Below are positions 53,380 through 64,000 of a stretch of 64,000 nt of DNA, in pieces. Position 1 is the stretch's first letter. Every line of letters begins with the position of its first letter. The notes below the pieces were generated by a model. The model saw nothing but the letters and a program-made list of their open reading frames with translations, searched no databases and was not told the origin of the DNA. Position numbers and translations under genes: made by a program. The stretch is from Eledone cirrhosa (Eukaryota), in assembly GCA_964016885.1 (NCBI GenBank), contig OZ024744.1, forward strand, positions 18,228,001 through 18,292,000, given 5' to 3'.

Positions 53380-56300
53380 CACTGTGTGTTTCTATATGTC
53401 TGTGTCACCGTGTATGTCACTGTATCTTTGTGTATGCCTGTGTCACTGTGTATGTCACTGTGTGTTTCTGTATGTCTGTGTCACTGTGTATGTCATTGTG
53501 TGTTTCTGTATGTCTGTGGCACTGTGTATGTCACTGTGTGTTTCTGTATGTCTGTGTCACTGTCTATGTCGCTGTATGTTTCTGAATGTCTGTGTCACTG
53601 TGTATGTCACTGTGTGTTTCTGTATGTCTGTGTCACTGTCTATGTCACTGTATGTTTCTGAATGTCTGTGTCACTGTGTATGTCACTGTGTGTTTCTGTA
53701 TATCTGTGTCACGGTGTATGTCACTGAATGTTTGTGTGTGTCTGTGTCACTGTGTTTGTCACTGTGTGTTTCTGTATGTCTGTGTCACCGTGTATGTCAC
53801 GGTATCTTTGTGTATGCCTGTGTCACTGTGTATGTCACTGTGTGTTTCTGTATTTCTGTGTCACTGTGTATGTCACTGTGTGTTTCTGTATGTTTGTGTC
53901 ACTGTGTATGTCACTAAATGTTTGTGTGTGTCTGTGTCTCTGTGTATGTCACTGTGTGTTTGCGTGTGTCTGTGTCACTGTGTATGTCACTGTGTTTCTG
54001 TATGTCTGTGTCACTGTGTATGTCACTGTGTGTTTGTGTATGTATGTGTCACTGTATGTTTCTGAATGTCTGTGTCACTGTGTATGTCACTGTGTGTTTC
54101 CGTATGTATGTGTCACCGTGTATGTCACTGTATCTTTGTGTATGCCTGTGTCACTGTGTATGTCACTGTGTGTTTCTGTATGTCTGTGTCACTGTGTATG
54201 TCACTGTGTGTTTCTGTATGTTTGTGTCATTGTGTATGTCACTAAATGTTTGTCTGTGTCTGTGTCTCTGTGTATGTCACTGTGTGTTTGCGTGTGTCTG
54301 TGTCACTGTGTATGTCACTGTGTGTTTCTGTATGTCTGTGTGACTGTGTATGTCACTGTGTGTTTGTGTATGTCTGTGTCACTGTGTGTGTTTCTGTATG
54401 TCTGTGTCACTGTGTATGTCACTGTATGTTTCTTTATGTATGTGTCACTGTGTATGTCACTGTATCTTTGTGTATGTCTGTGTCACTCTGTATTTCACCG
54501 TGTGTTTCTGTATGTCTGTGTCAATGTGTATGTCACTGTGTGTTTCTGTATGTCTGTGTCACTGTGTATGTCACTGTATGTTTCTGAATGTTTGTGTCAC
54601 TGCGTATGTCACTGTGTGTTTGCGTGTGTCTGTGTCACTGTGTATGTCACTGTGTGTTTCTGTATGTCTGTGTGACTGTGTATGTCACTCTGTGTTTGTG
54701 TATGTCTGTGTCACTGTGTGTGTTTCTGTATGTCTGTGTCACTGTGTATGTCATTGTATCTTTGTGTATGTATGTGTCACTGTGTATGTCACTGTATTTT
54801 TGAGTATGTCTGTGTCATTGTGTATGTCACTGTGTGTTTCTGTATGTTTGTGTCACTGTGTATGTCACTGTGTGTTTCTGTATATCTGTGTCTCTGTGTA
54901 TGTTACTGTATCTTTGTGTATGTCTGCGTCACTGTGTATGTCACTGTATCTTTGTGTATGTCTGTGTCACGGTGTATATCACTGTATGTTTGTGTATGTC
55001 TGTGTCACTCTATATGTCACTGTATGTTACTGTATGTATGTGTCACTGTGTATGTCAATGTGTGTTTCTGTATCTCTGTGTCACGGTGTATGTCACTGTA
55101 TGTTTGTGTATGTTTGTGTGACTGTGTATGTCACTGTATGTTACTGTATGTCTGTGTCACTGTGTATGTCACTGTGTGTTTCTGTATGTCTGTGTCACTG
55201 TGTATGTCACTGTATATTTGTGTATGTCTGTGTCACTGTGTATGTCACTGTGTGTTTCTGTATGTCTGTGTCACTGTCTATGTCACTGTATGTTTCTGAA
55301 TGTCTGTGTAACTGTGTATGTCACTGTGTGTTTCTGTGTGTCTGTGTCACGGTGTATGTCACTGTATGTTTGTGTGTGTCTGTGTCATTGTGTATGTCAC
55401 TGTGTGTTTCTGTATGTCGCTGTCACCGTGTATGTCACTGTATATTTGTGTATGCCTGTGTCACTGTGTATGTCACTGTGTGTTTCTGTATGTCTGTGTC
55501 ACTGTGTATGTCACTGTGTGTGTCTATGTCACTGTGTATGTCACTGTGTGTTTCTATATGTATGTGTCACCGTATATGTCACTGTATCTTTGTGTATGCC
55601 TGTGTCACTGTGTATGTCACTGTGTGTTTCTGTATGTCTGTGTCACTGTGTATGTCACTGTGTGTTTCTGTATGTATGTGGCACTGTGTATGTCACTGTG
55701 TGTTTCTGTATGTCTGTGTCACTGTCTATGTCGCTGTATGTTTCTGAATGTCTGTGTCACTGTGTATGTCACTGTGTGTTTCTGTATATCTGTGTCACTG
55801 TCTATGTCACTGTATGTTTCTGAATGTCTGTGTCACTGTGTATGTCACTGTGTGTTTCTGTATATCTGTGTCACGGTGTATGTCACTGAATGTTTGTGTG
55901 TGTCTGTGTCACTGTGTTTGTCACTGTGTGTTTCTGTATGTCTGTGTCACCGTGTATGTCACGGTATCTTTGTGTATGCCTGTGTCACTGTGTATGTCAC
56001 TGTGTGTTTCTGTATTTCTGTGTCACTGTGTATGTCACTGTGTGTTTCTGTATGTTTGTGTCACTGTGTATGTCACTAAATGTTTGTGTGTGTCTGTGTC
56101 TCTGTGTATGTCACTGTGTGTTTGCGTGTGTCTGTGTCACTGTGTATGTCACTGTGTGTTTCTGTATGTCTGTGTCACTGTGTATGTCACTGTGTGTTTG
56201 TGTATGTCTGTGTCACTGTATGTTTCTGAATGTCTGTGTCACTGTGTATGTCACTGTGTGTTTCCGTATGTATGTGTCACCGTGTATGTCACTGTATCTT

Positions 56301-57690
56301 TGTGTATGCCTGTGTCACTGTGTATGTCACTGTGTGTTTCTGTATGTCTGTGTCACTGTGTATGTCACTGTGTGTTTCTGTATGTTTGTGTCATTGTGTA
56401 TGTCACTAAATGTTTGTGTGTGTCTGTGTCTCTGTGTATGTCACTGTGTGTTTGCGTATGTCTGTGTCACTGTGTATGTCACTGTGTGTTTCTGTATGTC
56501 TGTGTGACTGTGTATGTCACTTGTGTTTGTGTATGTCTGTGTCACTGTGTGTGTTTCTGTATGTCTGTGTCACTGTGTATGTCACTGTATGTTTCTGTAT
56601 GTATGTGTCACTGTGTATGTCACTGTATCTTTGTGTATGTCTGTGTCACTCTGTATGTCACCGTGTGTTTCTGTATGTCTGTGTCAATGTGTATGTCACT
56701 GTGTGTTTCTGTATGTCTGTGTCACTGTGTATGTCACTGTATGTTTCTGAATGTTTGTGTCACTGTGTATGTCACTGTGTGTTTGCGTGTGTCTGTGTCA
56801 CTGTGTATGTCACTGTGTGTTTCTGTATGTCTGTGTGACTGTGTATGTCACTCTGTGTTTGTGTATGTCTGTGTCACTGTGTGTGTTTCTGTATGTCTGT
56901 GTCACTGTGTATGTCATTGTATCTTTGTGTATGTATGTGTCACTGTGTATGTCACTGTATTTTTGTGTATGTCTGTGTCATTGTGTATGTCACTGTGTGT
57001 TTCTGTATGTTTGTGTCACTGTGTATGTCACTGTGTGTTTCTGTATATCTGTGTCTCTGTGTATGTTACTGTATCTTTGTGTATGTCTGTGTCACTGTGT
57101 ATGTCACTGTATCTTTGTGTATGTCTGTGTCACGGTGTATATCACTGTATGTTTGTGTATGTCTGTGTCACTCTATATGTCACTGTATGTTACTGTATGT
57201 ATGTGTCACTGTGTATGTCAATGTGTGTTTCTGTATCTCTGTGTCACGGTGTATGTCACTGTATGTTTGTGTATGTTTGTGTGACTGTGTATGTCACTGT
57301 ATGTTACTGTATGTCTGTGTCACTGTGTATGTCACTGTGTGTTTCTGTATGTCTGTGTCACTGTGTATGTCACTGTATATTTGTGTATGTCTGTGTCACT
57401 GTGTATGTCACTGTGTGTTTCTGTATGTCTGTGTCACTGTCTATGTCACTGTATGTTTCTGAATGTCTGTGTAACTGTGTATGTCACTGTGTGTTTCTGT
57501 GTGTCTGTGTCACGGTGTATGTCACTGTATGTTTGTGTGTGTCTGTGTCATTGTATATGTCACTGTGTGTTTCTGTATGTCGCTGTCACCGTGTATGTCA
57601 CTGTATCTTTGTGTATGCCTGTGTCACTGTGTATGTCACTGTGTGTTTCTGTATGTCTGTGTCACTGTGTATGTCACTGTGTGTTTCTGT
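53380..57690 (+). repeat. ~2.16 kb tandem duplication (older, several substitutions; boundaries approximate)
   Basis: ORF offsets are 2162-2163 (53586/55748, 54682/56845, 55318/57481). An aberrant short junction monomer lies at ~55511-55530 (tcactgtgtgtgtctatgtc). Confidence 0.8.
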
Positions 57691-60600
57691 ATGTTTGTGT
57701 CACTGTGTATGTCACTAAATGTTTGTGTGTGTCTGTGTCTCTGTCTATGTCACTGTGTGTTTGCGTGTGTCTTTGTCACTGTGTATGTCTCTGTGTGTTT
57801 CTGTATGTCTGTGTGACTGTGTATGTCACTGTGTGTTTGTGTATGTCTGTGTCACTGTATGTTTCTGTATGTCTGTTTCACTGTGTATGTCACTGTGTGT
57901 TTCTGTATGTATGTGTCACCGTGTATGTCACTGTATCTTTGTGTATGCCTTTGTCACTGTGTATGTCACTGTGTGTTTCTGTATGTTTGTGTCACTGTGT
58001 ATGTCACTAAATGTTTGTGTGTGTCTGTGTCTCTGTCTATGTCACTGTGTGTTTGCTTGTGTCTGTGTCACTGTGTATGTCACTGTGTGTTTCTGTATGT
58101 CTGTGTGACTGTGTATGTCACTCTGTGTTTGTGTATGTCTGTGTCACTGTGTGTGTTTCTGTATGTCTGTGTCACTGTGTATGTCATTGTATCTTTGTGT
58201 TTGTATGTGTCACTGTGTATGTCACTGTGTGTTTGTGTATACCTGTGTCACTGTGTATGTTAATGTGAGTTTCTGTATGTCTGTGTCACTGTGTACGTCA
58301 CTGTATATTTCTGTATGTCTGTGTCAGTGTGTATGTCACTGGGTGATTCTGTATGTCTGTGTCACACTGTATATCACTGTATCTTTGTGTAGGTCTGTGT
58401 CACCGTGTATGTCACTGTATCTTTATGTATGTCTGTGTCACTGTATATGTCACTGTATCTTTGTGTATGTCTACGTCACTGTGTATGTCACTGTGTGTTT
58501 CTGTATGTCTGTGTCTTTGTGTATGTTACTGTACCTTTGTGTATGTCTGTGTCACTGTGTATGTCACTGTGTGTTTCTGTATGTCTGTGTCACTGTGTAT
58601 GTCACTGTGTGTTTCTGTATATTTGTGTCTCTGTGTATGTCACTGTATCTTTGTGTATGCCTGTGTCACTGTGTATGTCACTGTATTTTTGTGTATGTCG
58701 GTGTCACCGTGTATGTCACTGTAACGTTGCGCATCTCTGTGTCACTGTGTATGTCACTGTATCTTTGTGTATGTCTGTGTCACTGTGCATGTCACTGTGT
58801 GTTTCTCTATGTATGTGTCACGGTGTATGTCACTGTATGTTTGTGTATGTCTGTGTCACTGTGTATGTCACTGTATCTTTGTGTATGTCTGTGTCACTGT
58901 GTATGTTACTGTGTGTTTCTGTATGTCTGTGTCACTGTGTATGTTGTTGTGTCTTTCTGTATGTCTGTGTCACTGTGTATATCACTGTATGTTTGTGTGT
59001 GTCTGTGTCACTGTGTATGTCACTGTATGTCTCTGTATGTCTGTGTCACTGTCTATGTCACTGTATCTTTGTGTATGTCTGTGTCACTGTGTATGTCACT
59101 GTGTGTTTATGTATTTCTGTGTCTCTGTATATGTCACTGTATCTTTGTGTATGTCTGCGTCACTGTGTATGTCACTGTATGTTTGTGTATGTCTGCGTCA
59201 CTGTATGTTTCTGTATGTGTGTGTCACTGTGTATATCACTGTATGTCTGTGTATGCCTGTGTCACGGTGTATGTCACTGTATGTTTGTGTGTGTCTGTGT
59301 TACTGTGTATGTCACTGTGTGTTTGTGTATGTATGTGTCACGGTGTATGTCACTGTATGTTTGTGTGTGTCTGTGTCATTGTGTATGTCACTGTGTGTTT
59401 CTGTATGTCGCTGTCACCGTGTATGTCACTGTATATTTGTGTATGCCTGTGTCACTGTGTATGTCACTGTGTGTTTCTGTATGTCTGTGTCACTGTGTAT
59501 GTCACTGTGTGTGTCTATGTCACTGTGTATGTCACTGTGTGTTTCTATATGTATGTGTCACCGTATATGTCACTGTATCTTTGTGTATGCCTGTGTCACT
59601 GTGTATGTCACTGTGTGTTTCTGTATGTCTGTGTCACTGTGTATGTCACTGTGTGTTTCTGTATGTATGTGGCACTGTGTATGTCACTGTGTGTTTCTGT
59701 ATGTCTGTGTCACTGTCTATGTCGCTGTATGTTTCTGAATGTCTGTGTCACTGTGTATGTCACTGTGTGTTTCTGTATATCTGTGTCACTGTCTATGTCA
59801 CTGTATGTTTCTGAATGTCTGTGTCACTGTGTATGTCACTGTGTGTTTCTGTATATCTGTGTCACGGTGTATGTCACTGAATGTTTGTGTGTGTCTGTGT
59901 CACTGTGTTTGTCACTGTGTGTTTCTGTATGTCTGTGTCACCGTGTATGTCACGGTATCTTTGTGTATGCCTGTGTCACTGTGTATGTCACTGTGTGTTT
60001 CTGTATTTCTGTGTCACTGTGTATGTCACTGTGTGTTTCTGTATGTTTGTGTCACTGTGTATGTCACTAAATGTTTGTGTGTGTCTGTGTCTCTGTGTAT
60101 GTCACTGTGTGTTTGCGTGTGTCTGTGTCACTGTGTATGTCACTGTGTGTTTCTGTATGTCTGTGTCACTGTGTATGTCACTGTGTGTTTGTGTATGTCT
60201 GTGTCACTGTATGTTTCTGAATGTCTGTGTCACTGTGTATGTCACTGTGTGTTTCCGTATGTATGTGTCACCGTGTATGTCACTGTATCTTTGTGTATGC
60301 CTGTGTCACTGTGTATGTCACTGTGTGTTTCTGTATGTCTGTGTCACTGTGTATGTCACTGTGTGTTTCTGTATGTTTGTGTCATTGTGTATGTCACTAA
60401 ATGTTTGTGTGTGTCTGTGTCTCTGTGTATGTCACTGTGTGTTTGCGTGTGTCTGTGTCACTGTGTATGTCACTGTGTGTTTCTGTATGTCTGTGTGACT
60501 GTGTATGTCACTTGTGTTTGTGTATGTCTGTGTCACTGTGTGTGTTTCTGTATGTCTGTGTCACTGTGTATGTCACTGTATGTTTCTGTATGTATGTGTC

Positions 60601-63332
60601 ACTGTGTATGTCACTGTATCTTTGTGTATGTCTGTGTCACTCTGTATGTCACCGTGTGTTTCTGTATGTCTGTGTCAATGTGTATGTCACTGTGTGTTTC
60701 TGTATGTCTGTGTCACTGTGTATGTCACTGTATGTTTCTGAATGTTTGTGTCACTGTGTATGTCACTGTGTGTTTGCGTGTGTCTGTGTCACTGTGTATG
60801 TCACTGTGTGTTTCTGTATGTCTGTGTGACTGTGTATGTCACTCTGTGTTTGTGTATGTCTGTGTCACTGTGTGTGTTTCTGTATGTCTGTGTCACTGTG
60901 TATGTCATTGTATCTTTGTGTATGTATGTGTCACTGTGTATGTCACTGTATTTTTGTGTATGTCTGTGTCATTGTGTATGTCACTGTGTGTTTCTGTATG
61001 TTTGTGTCACTGTGTATGTCACTGTGTGTTTCTGTATATCTGTGTCTCTGTGTATGTTACTGTATCTTTGTGTATGTCTGTGTCACTGTGTATGTCACTG
61101 TATCTTTGTGTATGTCTGTGTCACGGTGTATATCACTGTATGTTTGTGTATGTCTGTGTCACTCTATATGTCACTGTATGTTACTGTATGTATGTGTCAC
61201 TGTGTATGTCAATGTGTGTTTCTGTATCTCTGTGTCACGGTGTATGTCACTGTATGTTTGTGTATGTTTGTGTGACTGTGTATGTCACTGTATGTTACTG
61301 TATGTCTGTGTCACTGTGTATGTCACTGTGTGTTTCTGTATGTCTGTGTCACTGTGTATGTCACTGTATATTTGTGTATGTCTGTGTCACTGTGTATGTC
61401 ACTGTGTGTTTCTGTATGTCTGTGTCACTGTCTATGTCACTGTATGTTTCTGAATGTCTGTGTAACTGTGTATGTCACTGTGTGTTTCTGTGTGTCTGTG
61501 TCACGGTGTATGTCACTGTATGTTTGTGTGTGTCTGTGTCATTGTATATGTCACTGTGTGTTTCTGTATGTCGCTGTCACCGTGTATGTCACTGTATCTT
61601 TGTGTATGCCTGTGTCACTGTGTATGTCACTGTGTGTTTCTGTATGTCTGTGTCACTGTGTATGTCACTGTGTGTTTCTGTATGTTTGTGTCACTGTGTA
61701 TGTCACTAAATGTTTGTGTGTGTCTGTGTCTCTGTCTATGTCACTGTGTGTTTGCGTGTGTCTTTGTCACTGTGTATGTCTCTGTGTGTTTCTGTATGTC
61801 TGTGTGACTGTGTATGTCACTGTGTGTTTGTGTATGTCTGTGTCACTGTATGTTTCTGTATGTCTGTTTCACTGTGTATGTCACTGTGTGTTTCTGTATG
61901 TATGTGTCACCGTGTATGTCACTGTATCTTTGTGTATGCCTTTGTCACTGTGTATGTCACTGTGTGTTTCTGTATGTTTGTGTCACTGTGTATGTCACTA
62001 AATGTTTGTGTGTGTCTGTGTCTCTGTCTATGTCACTGTGTGTTTGCTTGTGTCTGTGTCACTGTGTATGTCACTGTGTGTTTCTGTATGTCTGTGTGAC
62101 TGTGTATGTCACTCTGTGTTTGTGTATGTCTGTGTCACTGTGTGTGTTTCTGTATGTCTGTGTCACTGTGTATGTCATTGTATCTTTGTGTTTGTATGTG
62201 TCACTGTGTATGTCACTGTGTGTTTGTGTATACCTGTGTCACTGTGTATGTTAATGTGAGTTTCTGTATGTCTGTGTCACTGTGTACGTCACTGTATATT
62301 TCTGTATGTCTGTGTCAGTGTGTATGTCACTGGGTGATTCTGTATGTCTGTGTCACACTGTATATCACTGTATCTTTGTGTAGGTCTGTGTCACCGTGTA
62401 TGTCACTGTATCTTTATGTATGTCTGTGTCACTGTATATGTCACTGTATCTTTGTGTATGTCTACGTCACTGTGTATGTCACTGTGTGTTTCTGTATGTC
62501 TGTGTCTTTGTGTATGTTACTGTACCTTTGTGTATGTCTGTGTCACTGTGTATGTCACTGTGTGTTTCTGTATGTCTGTGTCACTGTGTATGTCACTGTG
62601 TGTTTCTGTATATTTGTGTCTCTGTGTATGTCACTGTATCTTTGTGTATGCCTGTGTCACTGTGTATGTCACTGTATTTTTGTGTATGTCGGTGTCACCG
62701 TGTATGTCACTGTAACGTTGCGCATCTCTGTGTCACTGTGTATGTCACTGTATCTTTGTGTATGTCTGTGTCACTGTGCATGTCACTGTGTGTTTCTCTA
62801 TGTATGTGTCACGGTGTATGTCACTGTATGTTTGTGTATGTCTGTGTCACTGTGTATGTCACTGTATCTTTGTGTATGTCTGTGTCACTGTGTATGTTAC
62901 TGTGTGTTTCTGTATGTCTGTGTCACTGTGTATGTTGTTGTGTCTTTCTGTATGTCTGTGTCACTGTGTATATCACTGTATGTTTGTGTGTGTCTGTGTC
63001 ACTGTGTATGTCACTGTATGTCTCTGTATGTCTGTGTCACTGTCTATGTCACTGTATCTTTGTGTATGTCTGTGTCACTGTGTATGTCACTGTGTGTTTA
63101 TGTATTTCTGTGTCTCTGTATATGTCACTGTATCTTTGTGTATGTCTGCGTCACTGTGTATGTCACTGTATGTTTGTGTATGTCTGCGTCACTGTATGTT
63201 TCTGTATGTGTGTGTCACTGTGTATATCACTGTATGTCTGTGTATGCCTGTGTCACGGTGTATGTCACTGTATGTTTGTGTGTGTCTGTGTTACTGTGTA
63301 TGTCACTGTGTGTTTGTGTATGTATGTGTCAC
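55343..63332 (+). repeat. 3991 bp near-perfect tandem duplication (55343-59341 vs 59334-63332)
   Basis: ORF offsets are constant at 3991 (55748/59739, 58405/62396). One visible substitution (56458 a / 60449 g). The copies overlap by 8 bp (tgtgtcac) at the junction, 59334-59341. Confidence 0.93.
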
Positions 63333-64000
63333 TGTATGTTTCTGTATGTCTGTGTCACTGTGTATGTCACTGTGTGTTTCTGTATGTCTGTGTCACCGTG
63401 TATGTCACTGTATCTTTGTGTATGCCTGTGTCACTGTGTATGTCACTGTGTGATTCTGTATGTCTGTGTCACTGTGTATGTCACTGTGTGTTTCTGTATG
63501 TTTGTGTCACTGTGTATGTCAATAAATGTTTGTGTGTGTCTGTGTCTCTATGTATGTCACTGTGTATTTGCGTGTGTCTGTGTTACTGTGTATGTCACTG
63601 TTTGTTTGTGTATGTCTGTGTCACTGTGTGTGTTTCTGTATGTCTGTGGCACTGTGTATGTCATTGCATCTTTGTATATGTCTGTGTCACTCTGCTTGTC
63701 ACTGTGTGTTTCTGTATGTCTGTGTCACTGTGTATGTCACTGTATGTTTCTGTATGTCTGTTTCACTGTGTATATCACTGTGTGTTTCTGTATGTCTGTG
63801 TCACTGTATATGTCACTGTATCTTTGTGTATGCCTGTGTCACTCTGTATGTTACTGTGTGTTTCTGTATGTCTGTGTCACTATGTATGCCACTGTATGTT
63901 TGTGTTGTCTGTGTCATTGTGTATGTCACTGGGTGTTTCTGTATGACTGTGTCACTGTGTATGACAATGTGTCTTTCTGTATGTATGTATCACTGTGTAT
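63333..64000 (+). repeat. More diverged monomers with no higher-order partner in the window
   Basis: Dense private substitutions (aataaatg 63521, tttgtttg 63601, tcattgcatc 63661, tctgcttg 63691, tgtgttgtct 63901, atgacaatg 63961). Confidence 0.7.

Larger units (their letters stand above)
42250..54360 (+). repeat. ~7.8 kb-period duplication carrying the inverted insert (approx. 42.2-46.6 kb vs 50.0-54.4 kb; boundaries approximate)
   Basis: ORF offsets are 7799 (42677/50476), 7797 (44203/52000, 45931/53728) and 7795 (46451/54246). The steps match 2 bp tg deletions near 51515 and 53991. The gggtgattc marker lies at 45435 and 53232. Confidence 0.85.
1..64000 (+). repeat. 38 bp TG-rich tandem satellite/minisatellite array (~1,700 monomers), extending beyond both window edges
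   Basis: The consensus tgtcactgtgtatgtcactgtgtgtttctgtatgtctg (T18 G10 C6 A4, no CpG) repeats head-to-tail across the window. Internal sub-repeats are gtcactgtgtat/gtcactgtgt/gtttctgtat/gtctgt. There are recurrent variant monomers (tatctttgtg, tgaatg, taaatg, taacgttg, tacctt, gtgagttt) and occasional 26, 28, 36 and 37 bp monomers. Confidence 0.99.

Noticed and set aside
8-63946. Hundreds of overlapping plus-strand ORFs up to 656 aa rich in Cys/Val/Met/Ser/Leu/His (superficially metallothionein-, keratin-associated- or zinc-finger-like)
   Set aside because: The plus-strand consensus has no stop in any frame and 38 is not a multiple of 3, so all three frames yield the same cycling peptide. 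ORFs end only at sporadic tga/taa/tag variants, and indels ignore frame. The minus strand has TGA in every monomer, which explains the absence of ORFs there.
1-64000. CRISPR array (repeat length in the CRISPR range)
   Set aside because: Monomers abut directly with no unique spacers, and there is no leader or cas gene.
1-64000. Telomeric repeat, G-quadruplex or strong Z-DNA array
   Set aside because: There is no TTAGGG-type unit and almost no GG runs. Alternating purine-pyrimidine tracts are interrupted every ~6-10 bp.

Overview
The whole 64 kb window is one tandem satellite/minisatellite array, probably eukaryotic, with no credible gene, RNA gene, transposon or CRISPR array. The monomer is 38 bp (consensus tgtcactgtgtatgtcactgtgtgtttctgtatgtctg, about 1,700 copies) and looks derived from a (TG)n microsatellite. 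The C/V/M/S/L-rich ORFs in the track are artefacts of this repeat. Rare monomer variants reveal nested higher-order structure. Units of 6574, 7781, 4022 and 6384 bp share a ~4.5 kb core and sum to a near-identical 24,761 bp super-repeat. Further duplications have periods of ~7.8 kb, ~2.16 kb and 3991 bp, and a more diverged tail starts at ~63.3 kb. Two observations stand out. (1) A 119 bp inverted insert, present twice (44337-44455, 52134-52252), is the exact reverse complement of a segment 409 bp downstream and joins two different higher-order contexts, a template-switch scar. (2) On the minus strand the monomer parses exactly as CACAGTG + 22 bp + ACAGAAACA, a head-to-tail array of V(D)J recombination-signal-like (RSS-like) units. 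All comparisons were made by eye and from ORF-track offsets; the organism cannot be identified from this window.
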